Below are positions 9,291 through 19,362 of a stretch of 64,000 nt of DNA, one piece after another (within the stretch, counting starts at the first letter, position 1; each line of letters opens with the position of its first letter). The translations under genes and the position numbers were made by a program. This stretch comes from Bacteroides sp. GTDB lineage: Bacteria > Bacteroidota > Bacteroidia > Bacteroidales > UBA7960. The notes below the pieces were generated by a model. That model did no database searches and was not told the DNA's origin. It saw only the letters and a list, made by a program, of their open reading frames with translations. The stretch lies in assembly GCA_036351255.1 (NCBI GenBank), contig JAZBOS010000087.1, forward strand, positions 25,490 to 89,489, read 5' to 3'.

Positions 9291-10670
9291 TCATACCATT
9301 TTTGAAGGATCTACCCAACGATCGAAATCCATAGCGGTCACTAAACCAAGCTGAACTGCTGCTTCTTTCAGGCTCAGGTTTTCCTCAAAGGCTTTTTTTG
9401 CCACCCTGGCGGCATTATCATATCCAATATGCGGATTCAGTGCGGTAACCAGCATCAGTGAGTTATTCAGGTGGTGGCTGATCCGCTCATTGCTGGCCTC
9501 AATGCCAGCAACCGCATTATCGGTAAAGGAATGGCATACATCGGCAATCAGCTGTGCGGACTGCAGAAGGTTATAGATCATAAGAGGCTTGAACACATTC
9601 AACTGAAAATGACCATTCATCCCTCCTACTGCAATGGCAGCATCGTTTCCGATCACCTGGGCGGCTACCATAGTCACGGCTTCGGACTGGGTTGGGTTTA
9701 CCTTACCCGGCATAATGGAACTTCCCGGCTCATTGGCCGGAAGGGTAATCTCACCGATGCCACAACGGGGTCCTGAAGCCAGCATACGGATATCATTGGC
9801 GATCTTCATCAGGCTTACGGCGATTGTTTTGAGGGCCCCACTGGTTGACACTATCGCATCATGAGCGGCAAGGGCTTCAAACTTATTGGGTGCCGTAACA
9901 AAAGGGTGGACTGTTAACTCGGCTATCTTCCCGGCAACTTTCTTGTCAAAACCTTTGGGGGCATTGATCCCCGTCCCCACAGCTGTACCCCCCAAGGCCA
10001 GTTCACTTAAATGATCCAAGGTATTCTTCAATGCCCGGATGCCATGTTCAATTTGCGAAGCAAACCCTGAAAATTCCTGACCAAGCGTCAGGGGTGTGGC
10101 ATCCATAAAATGGGTCCGGCCGATCTTTACAATATCATTAAAGGCCTCTGCTTTCTGGTCAAGGGCGTGCTGAAGTTTTTTCAGGGCAGGGATGGTTTTC
10201 TCCACGATCATGGAATAGGCAGCAATATGCATGGCAGCCGGAAATGTATCATTGGAGGACTGAGACTTATTTACATGATCATTGGGATGCACCTTTTTCT
10301 CCCGTTCTCCCAGCTTGCCACCCATAATCTCGTGCGCACGGTTGGCAATGACCTCGTTGAGGTTCATATTGGTTTGTGTCCCACTGCCTGTTTGCCACAC
10401 CACCAGGGGAAAGTTCCCTTCAAGCTGACCCTCGAGAATCTCATCACAAGCCTGAACAATGGGCCCCAGCAAGTCTTTTGAGAGAACGCCCATTTCGTGA
10501 TTGACGATGGCAGCAGCCTTTTTCAATATGGCAAAAGCGCGGATCACCTCCCCTGGCATCAACTCCTCCCCTATTTTGAAGTTTTGAAGGGAACGCTGGG
10601 TTTGTGCACCCCAATAACGGTTATCGGGAACTTCTAATGATCCCATGGTATCATATTCCGTCCTGTACAT
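9291..10670 (-). CDS. fumC: Class II fumarate hydratase
   Basis: The fumarate lyase signature [13 protein letters not shown] is present, along with [10 protein letters not shown] and the overall aspartase/fumarase layout, at 459 aa. Confidence 0.95.
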   Translation of the reverse strand: MYRTEYDTMGSLEVPDNRYWGAQTQRSLQNFKIGEELMPGEVIRAFAILKKAAAIVNHEMGVLSKDLLGPIVQACDEILEGQLEGNFPLVVWQTGSGTQTNMNLNEVIANRAHEIMGGKLGEREKKVHPNDHVNKSQSSNDTFPAAMHIAAYSMIVEKTIPALKKLQHALDQKAEAFNDIVKIGRTHFMDATPLTLGQEFSGFASQIEHGIRALKNTLDHLSELALGGTAVGTGINAPKGFDKKVAGKIAELTVHPFVTAPNKFEALAAHDAIVSTSGALKTIAVSLMKIANDIRMLASGPRCGIGEITLPANEPGSSIMPGKVNPTQSEAVTMVAAQVIGNDAAIAVGGMNGHFQLNVFKPLMIYNLLQSAQLIADVCHSFTDNAVAGIEASNERISHHLNNSLMLVTALNPHIGYDNAARVAKKAFEENLSLKEAAVQLGLVTAMDFDRWVDPSKMV

Positions 10671-10690
10671 ATCTGTTCTGTTTTTTGGTC

Positions 10691-10725
10691 AACAAAAAAC
10701 CATCCCGGGTCCTTCCCCGGGATGG
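10691..10725 (-). terminator. Rho-independent terminator after the class I fumarase, immediately upstream of fumC
   Basis: On the minus strand the sequence reads CCATCCCGGG-GAAGGA-CCCGGGATGG followed by TTTTTTGTT. This is a 10-bp GC-rich stem at 10700-10709 / 10716-10725. Confidence 0.55.
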
Positions 10726-10782
10726 TATAATCCCTGGAATGATCTTTAAACGAATGCCGGGCTGATGTTGTTCATCCAATTC

Positions 10783-12399
10783 TCAGGCCATCCTGTAAAA
10801 ATCATTGCCTTTATCATCCACCAGAATGAATGCGGGGAAGTTCTCCACTTCAATGCGGTAAATGGCTTCCATTCCCAGTTCGGGATATTCGAGCAGTTCG
10901 ACCTTGCGAATGTTTTCCTCAGCCAATACGGCAGCCGGGCCGCCAATGCTGCCCAAATAAAAACCGCCATATTTCTTACAGGCATCTGTCACCTGCTGGC
11001 TGCGGTTGCCTTTAGCGATCATAATCATACTTCCCCCGTGCTGCTGGAACAGGTCCACATAGGAATCCATCCTGCCAGCTGTAGTAGGACCGAAAGATCC
11101 TGAAGGCAAACCTTGTGGGGTTTTGGCCGGACCGGCATAATAAATGGGGTGGTCTTTCAGATACTGCGGAAGGCCTTCGCCACTATCCAAACGTTCTTTC
11201 AGTTTGGCATGGGCAATATCGCGACCAACGATAATTGTACCCGTAAGCGATAAGCGGGTGCCAACCGGATGGCTGGAAAGCAGGGCAAGAATATCCTTCA
11301 TGGGCTGGTTGAGGTCGACTTTTACGCCTCCACCTTCTCCAGCCTGGCGATAAGCATCAGGGATAAAATGACCAGGATTATCTTCAAGTTTTTCTATCCA
11401 AAGGCCATCCTTATTGATCTTTGCTTTGATGTTCCGGTCAGCCGAACAGGAAACCCCCATGCCTACCGGACAGGAGGCACCGTGGCGGGGCAAACGTATG
11501 ATGCGAATGTCAAGAGCAAAGTATTTCCCCCCGAATTGTGCACCAATACCCAGTTTTTGCGAAGCTTTCAACACTCTTTCTTCCAGCTCAAGATCACGAA
11601 AAGCCCTCCCGTGTTCATTGCCCGAACCAGGCAAATGGTCGTAATACCGAGCACTAGCCAGCTTAACTGTTTTCAGGCAGGCTTCAGCCGAAGTGCCTCC
11701 AATTACGAAAGCCACATGATAAGGAGGGCATGCCGCCGTTCCCAGCGAGCGAAGCTTCTCGACCAGGAAAGACTCCAGTTTTTCAGGGTTAAGCAGCGCC
11801 TTGGTTTCCTGAAACAGGGACGTTTTATTGGCCGAACCACCTCCTTTGGCAACAAAAAGAAACTCATATTCCATACCTTCGCTGGTCCGTAAGTCTATTT
11901 GGGCCGGTAAATTGGTGCCGGAGTTCTTTTCTTTATACATATCCAAGGGCACTGTTTGTGAATAACGAAGGTTCTCTTCGGTATAAACCTGATAAACCCC
12001 TTTTGAGATGGCTTCGTAATCATCTACTCCGGTCCACACCTGCTGCCCCTTATGGGCAAAAATAGTGGCAGTGCCAGTATCCTGGCAAAATGGTAGTACC
12101 CCTTTGGCGGAAATTTCAGCATTGCGCAACAGGGTTAGGGCAACATATTTATCATTGTCGCTGGCTTCAGGATCATCGAGAATAGCAGCCACCTGTTTCA
12201 GATGAATGGGGCGCAGCAAAAAAGAAGCATCGCGAAGGGCTGCCCGGGTAAGCATCGTCAGGGCTTCTGCAGAAATCTTCAGGATGGGCTTTCCTTCAAA
12301 TTCCGTAAGACTCACATGATCGCCACTGAGTTTGTAATATTGGGTGTCGTCTGGACCTAATGGGTAAGGATCTTGATAAAAAAATGCGGGTGTTGCCAT
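10783..12399 (-). CDS. Class I (Fe-S dependent) fumarate hydratase, single-polypeptide form
   Basis: The 538-aa protein has the FumA/TtdA-like N-domain (CQDTGTA, ...GGGSANK) and the FumB/TtdB-like C-domain (GPTTAGRMD..., GKG). Confidence 0.9.
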   Translation of the reverse strand: MATPAFFYQDPYPLGPDDTQYYKLSGDHVSLTEFEGKPILKISAEALTMLTRAALRDASFLLRPIHLKQVAAILDDPEASDNDKYVALTLLRNAEISAKGVLPFCQDTGTATIFAHKGQQVWTGVDDYEAISKGVYQVYTEENLRYSQTVPLDMYKEKNSGTNLPAQIDLRTSEGMEYEFLFVAKGGGSANKTSLFQETKALLNPEKLESFLVEKLRSLGTAACPPYHVAFVIGGTSAEACLKTVKLASARYYDHLPGSGNEHGRAFRDLELEERVLKASQKLGIGAQFGGKYFALDIRIIRLPRHGASCPVGMGVSCSADRNIKAKINKDGLWIEKLEDNPGHFIPDAYRQAGEGGGVKVDLNQPMKDILALLSSHPVGTRLSLTGTIIVGRDIAHAKLKERLDSGEGLPQYLKDHPIYYAGPAKTPQGLPSGSFGPTTAGRMDSYVDLFQQHGGSMIMIAKGNRSQQVTDACKKYGGFYLGSIGGPAAVLAEENIRKVELLEYPELGMEAIYRIEVENFPAFILVDDKGNDFYRMA

Positions 12400-12561
12400 A
12401 GCTGATGGGTTTTTTTGTTTTGGGCATGAATTAAAATGGATGCCTAAAAATAGGGCAAAATTTCAAACTATCACAATATTTGAAACCATAAAAACCTGAA
12501 ATCCATTTAAATTTGTCTTTGAGCCAAATGACCCAAAGGCTTCCGCGGCCTGATTTTTAAC

Positions 12562-12569
12562 TATCTTTG
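12562..12569 (+). promoter_or_regulatory. Candidate Bacteroidota -7 box (TATCTTTG) for rbfA
   Basis: It matches TAnnTTTG and ends 5 nt before the rbfA ATG at 12575. No good -33 TTTG lies at the usual spacing. Confidence 0.35.
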
Positions 12570-12574
12570 CACCT

Positions 12575-12910
12575 ATGGAAACAAACCGACAAAAAAGGAT
12601 CTCCCGCCTGTTGCAAAAAGACCTGGGTGAGATCCTGCAACAAGAAGGGCGCGCCTGGTTTCCTGGCGCCCTGATTACCGTCACTAAGGTTCAAGTTACC
12701 AGTGATCTGGGACTTGCTAAAACCTATCTCAGCATCTTTGGAAAAGGAGCCCCGGAAACCTTAAAACTGGTTGAAACCCACACCAAAGAAATCCGTCACC
12801 AGCTGGGTCTGCGGGTAAAAAACCAACTCCGCCATATTCCCGATCTACGGTTTTATATTGACGACAGCCTAGATTATATCGAGAACATTGAACGTCTACT
12901 TAAAGAATAA
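12575..12910 (+). CDS. rbfA: Ribosome-binding factor A
   Basis: 111 aa. RISRLLQKDLGEIL...ITVTKVQVTSDLGLAKTYLS...R..P.L.F..D is the typical RbfA pattern. Confidence 0.9.
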   Translation: METNRQKRISRLLQKDLGEILQQEGRAWFPGALITVTKVQVTSDLGLAKTYLSIFGKGAPETLKLVETHTKEIRHQLGLRVKNQLRHIPDLRFYIDDSLDYIENIERLLKE

Positions 12911-12921
12911 CTTTGGGCTTC

Positions 12922-13743
12922 ATGAATTACGACCCCATAAAGAAAACCCTCGGCAGGCTGTTCAACCAATCCGCTTTTTTGCGGAAGGTTTTTTATCATT
13001 TGCTTGATATCCTTTTGTTACGAACCTGGCATGTGCATAAGGCATTGCGCATTTTTGCCAGAATTAAACCAACGGGAAGGGTGCAGGTATTGGACGCAGG
13101 AAGCGGGTTCGGGCAATACACTTATTACATGGCGCGAAAAAATCCTGAGTGGGATGTTTTAGCCCTTGATGTAAAAGCAGAAGAAATTGCGGCCTGCAGG
13201 GCTTTTTTCAAGAAGGCAGGCCTTAACAACGCTCAGTTCCGGGAAGGCGACCTTACCATTTACCGTCAGGAAAAGGCTTTTGACCTGATCCTCTCCGTGG
13301 ATGTAATGGAGCACATTGAACCAGATGAGCAGGTATTTAGCAACTTCTTCTATTCTTTAAGGGAAGGAGGTATGTTGCTGATCAGCACTCCTTCTGATCA
13401 GGGTGGAAGCGACGTGCACGATCCAGAGGAGGAATCCTTCATCGGAGAACATGTTCGCGATGGATACGGAAAGCAGGAAATAGAAGAAAAACTCAAAGGG
13501 GCTGGATTTTCTAAAGTGGAAACCCAATATACTTATGGAATTCCGGGCAAGATATCATGGAAATTCTCCATGAAATACCCCATCCTTCTTTTGGGCGTTT
13601 CAAAATGGTTTCTAATAACTCTTCCAGTTTATTTTCTTTTGGTCATGCCTTTTGCCCTGTTGCTTAATGCCCTCGATGTGCAAAAAAGTCACAAAACAGG
13701 TACGGGATTATTGGTCAAAGCTTATAAACTCAATCAAAAATAA
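12922..13743 (+). CDS. Class I SAM-dependent methyltransferase with a C-terminal membrane segment
   Basis: Motif I VLDAGSGFGQYT, post-I LALDV and motif II DLILSVDVMEHI are present. Hydrophobic helices lie at the C-terminus. The ORF track starts at TTG 12913, and the first ATG is at 12922. Confidence 0.75.
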   Translation: MNYDPIKKTLGRLFNQSAFLRKVFYHLLDILLLRTWHVHKALRIFARIKPTGRVQVLDAGSGFGQYTYYMARKNPEWDVLALDVKAEEIAACRAFFKKAGLNNAQFREGDLTIYRQEKAFDLILSVDVMEHIEPDEQVFSNFFYSLREGGMLLISTPSDQGGSDVHDPEEESFIGEHVRDGYGKQEIEEKLKGAGFSKVETQYTYGIPGKISWKFSMKYPILLLGVSKWFLITLPVYFLLVMPFALLLNALDVQKSHKTGTGLLVKAYKLNQK

Positions 13744-13745
13744 CA

Positions 13746-14969
13746 TTGAAGTTCCCCTTTTTCATAGCACGGCGGTATTTGTTTGCGAAAAAGTCGCACA
13801 ATGCCATTAATATTATCACCCTGGTTTCCATGATCGGGGTGGCTGTGGGCACTATGGCGCTGGTCGTGGTGCTTTCGGTTTTCAACGGCTTTGAAAAACT
13901 CATCCTTTCTTTGTTTAATGCTTTCAATCCCGACATGGAGATCCGGCTGACGGAAGGAAAGGTGTTTTCTTTGGAAGACATCCCCCTCGAAGACTTGAAA
14001 AACATTCAGGGCGTTGCCCTTTACAGTGAGATCCTTGAAGAAACCGCCCTGATCACCTACCGCGACAAGCAGCACCTGGTCACCATGCGTGGGGTCAATG
14101 AGACCTATATAAAAATCACCGGGATAGACACGATGCTGGTTGCTGGCCAGTTGATTCTGGAGGACGGCGATGCCGATTACCTGATATTGGGGCAAGGGGT
14201 TGAGTATGTGCTTGGGGCCAACATCAATGACTTTCTCAACCCCCTCAATCTTTATGTTCCCCGGCGGGGAAGGAGTACGGGTTTGCAGCCCTCACAGGCC
14301 TTTCATGCTTCCAGCAACTATGCCAGCGGGGTTTTCGGGATTCAAGCCGAGTTCGATATGGAATATATCCTGGTACCCTTGCGCCTTGCCCGCAGCCTCC
14401 TAGACTATGATACGGAGGTTACCTCCCTGGTCGTTGGCATCGAAGCCAATGCCAGCCTTTCCCGGGTTCAAAGGGAAGTTGAGGATCTGCTGGGACCCTC
14501 TTTCCAGGTGAGGAATCGTCTGCAGCAGCAAGACTTTCTTTACAAAGTGATGCGTTCTGAGAAATGGGCTATCTTCCTCATCCTTTCCTTTATCCTCATC
14601 ATTGCTTCCTTCAATGTGATCGGTTCACTGACTATGCTGGTGATCGAAAAAACACATGACATCCGCATCCTCCACAACATGGGGGCATCCAAAAAAGTAA
14701 TCAGGCAAATTTTCCTCATGGAAGGCGTTCTTATCAGCCTGGGTGGCGCTCTGGCTGGCATTGTCCTTGGCGGGATTGTCAGCTGGCTCCAAATGCGTTT
14801 TGGCATAATATCCATTCAAGCGGAGGGCACTTTTATCATCGATGCCTATCCCGTCCAAATCAAAGCAATCGACTTTCTCCTGGTTGCCATTACCGTTTTT
14901 GGCATCGGCTGGCTTGCCTCTGTATTGCCCGTTCGCAACATTTCCCTTCTGCTCGATAAAAAAGATTAG
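13746..14969 (+). CDS. FtsX-like ABC transporter permease (LolC/LolE-like)
   Basis: N-terminus FFIARRYLFAKKSHNAINIITLVSMIGVAVGTMALVVVLSVFNGF is typical of LolC/E. A large periplasmic loop is followed by 3 C-terminal TM helices (FtsX domain). The TTG start is 3 nt after the preceding stop. Confidence 0.8.
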   Translation: MKFPFFIARRYLFAKKSHNAINIITLVSMIGVAVGTMALVVVLSVFNGFEKLILSLFNAFNPDMEIRLTEGKVFSLEDIPLEDLKNIQGVALYSEILEETALITYRDKQHLVTMRGVNETYIKITGIDTMLVAGQLILEDGDADYLILGQGVEYVLGANINDFLNPLNLYVPRRGRSTGLQPSQAFHASSNYASGVFGIQAEFDMEYILVPLRLARSLLDYDTEVTSLVVGIEANASLSRVQREVEDLLGPSFQVRNRLQQQDFLYKVMRSEKWAIFLILSFILIIASFNVIGSLTMLVIEKTHDIRILHNMGASKKVIRQIFLMEGVLISLGGALAGIVLGGIVSWLQMRFGIISIQAEGTFIIDAYPVQIKAIDFLLVAITVFGIGWLASVLPVRNISLLLDKKD

Positions 14970-15216
14970 TGCTGGAAGCATGCCATCTCTTTCCTTTAGC
15001 ATTCTGCATAAGCGAAACAGTCTTAATATTCAATTCAATCCAATTGATTTAAGGGGGTTTTAACTTTCTCTTTTTTGAAAGCCCGCTCTTTATTCTGTTT
15101 TTAAATAAGCAGGCCAAGGAAAACGCTGAAAAATACGGTTGGATATTCAGATCAATTTTCGTACTTTTAGCGCGCCAACAAACACAATTTTTTAATTTCC
15201 AATTAATTAATTAATC

Positions 15217-18200
15217 ATGAAGAGATTTCTACCCCTTTTGCCAGTTGCAAAGGTTCTATTGCTGCTGGTTATGGTTATTGGATGGCAGCATGTCAATGCA
15301 CAGGCTGCCCGCATTGACTTCAGGAGTGATGTCAGCGCCGCTGAAGTCAAAGCAAATGATTTTCAAAGGACCAAAATTGATTTTAAATTTCAGGGTGTAA
15401 GTGCCATTGATGTTAAAACTGAGCAGGGAACCTTTTCCGAGCTAATGCTCGATCAGGGCTATTCCATTGGAGATCTGGGCACTCCTAAACTCCCAGCCGA
15501 CAAGCGCCTGATTGAAGTTCCATTCGGAGCAGATGTAGAAGTGGAAGTGGTAAAATACACTACGACCGAGTATCGCCTGTCTGATTTCGGGATCAATAAC
15601 CCGCTGATGCCTGTTCAGCCCTCCCTGCGTAAAGACCAGGAAGCCAGCCAGGTTCCTTTCGAGTTCAAAGCGGAAAGTTTCAATAAAAACCAGTTTACTG
15701 AAAACCCCATTGCAAAGGTGGAGATCCTAGGTGTGATGCGCGGTGTTCGTATCGCACGCCTTACCATTGCTCCCGTGAGCTACAACCCCGTACAGGGAAC
15801 CATTAAGGTTTACAACAACATTGAGGTTGAAGTCAGATATCCTGGCGCTGATATGGCACTCACAAGCCACATTAAGACCTCTACTTTTTCCCCATATTTC
15901 GATGTCGTTTACGGAAAAGTGCTGAATCCTTATGGCCTTAAAGATGTTTACGACGATCACCCCGACCTTACCAAAAACCCTGTGAAGATGGTCGTGGTTG
16001 CTAACCGTATGTTTGAAGAAACACTCCAGCCTTACCTTGACTGGAAAACCCAGCAGGGCTTCTTCCTCACTGTAGCTTATACAGATGAAATCGGTACCAA
16101 CGCCACTGCCATTAAAAACTATATTCACGCGCAGTATAATGCAGCTACACCGGATGACCCGGCCCCGACATTCCTTGTTTTAGTCGGCGACCGCGCCCGT
16201 ATGCCTGAATCAGCAATGGGTAGTTCCTCTGCCAAAGTAACTGACCTTTATTATGCCTCGGTTGATGGCGACTACTTCCCCGAAATGTACTACGGTCGTC
16301 TTTCGGCAGGAACAGTAGAACAACTCCAAAACCAGATCGACAAAATTTTGTATTATGAAAAATACGAGTTTACCGATCCCACCTACCTGAACGATGTTAC
16401 CCTGATTGCAGGAGCAGATGGAACCTGGAACCCTGCCGTTGGTCAACCCACCATTCATTATGGAACCCAGAACTATTTTAACGCCGCCCACGGCTTTACC
16501 AACGTCAACGCCTATCTTACAAATTATACCGGTTGTTACGACAACGAAAGAATTTCGGTAAGTTTGATTAATTACACGGCTCACTGTAGTGAAACTTCCT
16601 GGGGCACGCCTAACTTGACAGTTTCAGGAGTTCATAACATGACCAATACAGCCAAATATCCCCTGGCCGTTGGTAACTGCTGCCTGAGCAGTAACTTTGG
16701 TTATGGTTCGGAGAGTATTGGTGAAGCTTGGGTAAGAGCAGCCAACAAGGGGGGTATAGCTTATGTAGGCTCAGCACCTAGCACCTATTGGTTTGAAGAC
16801 TTTTACTGGGCCGTTGGCGCATTTCCAATTACCGGAAACAACAGCGGATATGTACCTACCGCCATTGAAACCACCCTTGGTGTTTACGATGCCCCCTTCA
16901 TGTCTGATTACGTTGCAGTAGCTGCCTTGAAGTTCGTGGGTAACCTCGCTGTTACCGAAGTAGATATTCAGAATTATCCCAGTCACTCCAGCCCTCTTTA
17001 TTACTGGCAAGCTTATCACACTTTCGGCGATCCCTCCACATTCATTTACCTGACAGAAGGAGAAGAAAACCAGGTAAGCCATATGCCCATACTGCCCATT
17101 GGCCTTGACACCTATACTGTCACCGCCCTCCCCGGCTCTTATGTGGCCATCTCGAAAGATGGCGTACTTCACGGTGCTTCATTCGTAGACGATAGTGGCG
17201 AAGTGGAAGTTCCCATTGAACCTGTTTTGGACGGTGGCGATGTCCGCATTGTGGTCACCAAATACCAGCATATCCCCTATGTTGCTGATATCCCGGCCGC
17301 AGCGCTCGAAGGTCCCTTTATTGTCCTTGACAGCTATATCGTAAACGATGATGAAGGCAATGCCAACGAAATGGCCGATTACGGCGAGGCGTTCAGCCTC
17401 CACCTAACCCTTAAAAACGTTGGCGCAGATCCTGTTGAGGATGTATCTGTCACTCTCCTGGGCGAAGACTCCTACTTTAGCCTGATGAATGCAGGTGAAA
17501 CCGTAACTTTTGCGGGTATGCAGGCAGGCGAAGAAGACAATACCTCTACCGTTGAGAATGCCTTCTCGATGGCTGTTGACCCCAGCGTTCCCAATCAGCA
17601 CAAGGCTACTTTCCAGGTGAAGGTTGTAAATGGTGATGATGAATGGATCTCCAACCTTCGCATCACCGCATTTGCTCCCCAGTTCTCCATTGACCCCGCT
17701 TTTATTGTGGATGATAGCGAAACCGGCGACAATAACAACCGTCTTGATCCTGGTGAAACCGGGAACCTGGTATTCAGCCTCACCAACAATGGTGATGCAA
17801 CGGCCAACCTTCCCGTGATTGAAATCCAGGGCGACTCCCCTTATCTTAACATTACACAGGGTATCCTCGAACTGGCTCCCCTGGCTGCTGGTGAAACCGT
17901 CGAGGTACCTTTTGAGGTAGCCGCACATCCCTCTGTAATCGATGGCACTTTCGTAAACCTTGACGTGGAAGTGGAAGATGGTGACTTTTTTGGTGTGGAA
18001 CCAGTACTGGTCATTGGCCAGGTTCCCGAAGCTGAAATAGGTGAAGGAAACGCACAATCTGCCCAGTATCCTTTCTACAATTACTACAAGGCCAACCGCA
18101 CCCAGATGCTTTACAGGGCCAGTGATTTGGGCGCAGGTGAAAAAGTAATCACCGAACTTGGATTCAATATTGTTCAGGTTGCAAACAATTATCGCGATCT

Positions 18201-19293
18201 TCCCAACTTCAAGATCCTTATCAAGCCCACTACCCTTACCAGCATGCCCAGCGGGTCATTCCAGGATATGAGCGGTGCTGTCGAGGTATTCTCTGCTGCC
18301 GCATACAGCATGCCCGATGCTACCGGATGGCATGCCTGGGACATCCAGGACTTTACTTATGATGGCGAATCCAACCTCATTATTGAAGTAGTCTGGGGTC
18401 AACTTCCCAACTGGACTTCAACTTATTACAAAGTGGCTTGTACTACCTATCCCGAAAACCTGGTAGCCTATGGTTACAGCGACACCCAGATCGTACCCAG
18501 CTACAATGGGGTTACCGGGAACAGGCCCAACTTGTTCCTGGCATTTGCTGCTGAGCAGACCGAAGAAGCCCAGGAAGTGGTCTTTGTTGCCAAAGCCGGC
18601 GATGAATTCCTGGAAGATGCAGCCGTGAAAATTGGTTCTTCAGAACAGCATACCAGTAACGAAGGAACCACTACCTTTAACCTGATGCCCGGAACCTATG
18701 CCTATACCGCAACGGCTGGCATCATGGATCCCATTAGCGGTTCCATTGAAATAACAGACCAGGCAGAGGAAATCATCCTTAATTTCATTCCCCTGTACAA
18801 TGTGGTTTTCAGCATTGACGACACCTGGGGCAACGTGGTAGATGATGCCGTGATTATGGTAGATGATGAGACCCACAATGCCGGTGTATATGATATCGTG
18901 GGCATGCCTGCAGGAATCCATAACTACACAATTTCCCGCGAAAGTTATTTTGATTATACCGGTACCTTTGAAATTATGGATGAAAACCTCGAAATGGATA
19001 TTACCCTGACTCCTGACGGAACTACGATCACCGAACTCAATGAAGGATTGACCTTAGATGTATATCCCAACCCAACCCGCGGGCCCATCAGCCTGCTAGT
19101 GAATGCTGGCGGTGAAGGTGCAATGGTCAGCCTTACGAATTACCAGGGACAAACCCTCAGCCAGGAATTGCTTACTCCCCACTTTGGAGAAACCCAACTT
19201 GATTTAAATCTGCGTGGATATGCCAGCGGAATATACTACATAAAAGTGGTGGCCGGTGATCATACCCTGATCCAGAAAATCATCCTTCAATAA
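15217..19293 (+). CDS. Peptidase C25 (gingipain-like cysteine protease) with Ig-like, unknown and CarboxypepD_reg-like modules and a T9SS type A C-terminal domain
   Basis: It has a signal peptide, a propeptide-like N-region, and a C25 core (VVVANRMFEETLQPYLDWK..., LVLVGD, His segment INYTAHCSE, Cys segment AVGNCCLSS). The C-terminus (LDVYPNPTRGPISL...GIYYIKVV...) is a T9SS sorting domain. Confidence 0.85.
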   Translation: MKRFLPLLPVAKVLLLLVMVIGWQHVNAQAARIDFRSDVSAAEVKANDFQRTKIDFKFQGVSAIDVKTEQGTFSELMLDQGYSIGDLGTPKLPADKRLIEVPFGADVEVEVVKYTTTEYRLSDFGINNPLMPVQPSLRKDQEASQVPFEFKAESFNKNQFTENPIAKVEILGVMRGVRIARLTIAPVSYNPVQGTIKVYNNIEVEVRYPGADMALTSHIKTSTFSPYFDVVYGKVLNPYGLKDVYDDHPDLTKNPVKMVVVANRMFEETLQPYLDWKTQQGFFLTVAYTDEIGTNATAIKNYIHAQYNAATPDDPAPTFLVLVGDRARMPESAMGSSSAKVTDLYYASVDGDYFPEMYYGRLSAGTVEQLQNQIDKILYYEKYEFTDPTYLNDVTLIAGADGTWNPAVGQPTIHYGTQNYFNAAHGFTNVNAYLTNYTGCYDNERISVSLINYTAHCSETSWGTPNLTVSGVHNMTNTAKYPLAVGNCCLSSNFGYGSESIGEAWVRAANKGGIAYVGSAPSTYWFEDFYWAVGAFPITGNNSGYVPTAIETTLGVYDAPFMSDYVAVAALKFVGNLAVTEVDIQNYPSHSSPLYYWQAYHTFGDPSTFIYLTEGEENQVSHMPILPIGLDTYTVTALPGSYVAISKDGVLHGASFVDDSGEVEVPIEPVLDGGDVRIVVTKYQHIPYVADIPAAALEGPFIVLDSYIVNDDEGNANEMADYGEAFSLHLTLKNVGADPVEDVSVTLLGEDSYFSLMNAGETVTFAGMQAGEEDNTSTVENAFSMAVDPSVPNQHKATFQVKVVNGDDEWISNLRITAFAPQFSIDPAFIVDDSETGDNNNRLDPGETGNLVFSLTNNGDATANLPVIEIQGDSPYLNITQGILELAPLAAGETVEVPFEVAAHPSVIDGTFVNLDVEVEDGDFFGVEPVLVIGQVPEAEIGEGNAQSAQYPFYNYYKANRTQMLYRASDLGAGEKVITELGFNIVQVANNYRDLPNFKILIKPTTLTSMPSGSFQDMSGAVEVFSAAAYSMPDATGWHAWDIQDFTYDGESNLIIEVVWGQLPNWTSTYYKVACTTYPENLVAYGYSDTQIVPSYNGVTGNRPNLFLAFAAEQTEEAQEVVFVAKAGDEFLEDAAVKIGSSEQHTSNEGTTTFNLMPGTYAYTATAGIMDPISGSIEITDQAEEIILNFIPLYNVVFSIDDTWGNVVDDAVIMVDDETHNAGVYDIVGMPAGIHNYTISRESYFDYTGTFEIMDENLEMDITLTPDGTTITELNEGLTLDVYPNPTRGPISLLVNAGGEGAMVSLTNYQGQTLSQELLTPHFGETQLDLNLRGYASGIYYIKVVAGDHTLIQKIILQ

Positions 19294-19308
19294 TTCAAAA
19301 TCTTTTCG

Positions 19309-19343
19309 GCACTGGGCTTAATGAGCCCGGTGCTTCTTTTTCT
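19309..19343 (+). terminator. Candidate terminator between the two C25 peptidase genes
   Basis: GCACTGGGCT-TAATG-AGCCCGGTGC (one G.U pair) followed by TTCTTTTTCTT. Confidence 0.5.
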
Positions 19344-19362
19344 TACCCAAGAAACCAGTACA

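Noticed and set aside
11269-11892. 207-aa plus-strand ORF inside the class I fumarase region
   Set aside because: It is a shadow ORF opposite a gene with clear fumarase motifs.
19321-19362. Upstream start for the second C25 peptidase
   Set aside because: This stretch contains the terminator-like hairpin of the upstream gene. The ATG at 19363 yields a canonical signal peptide.
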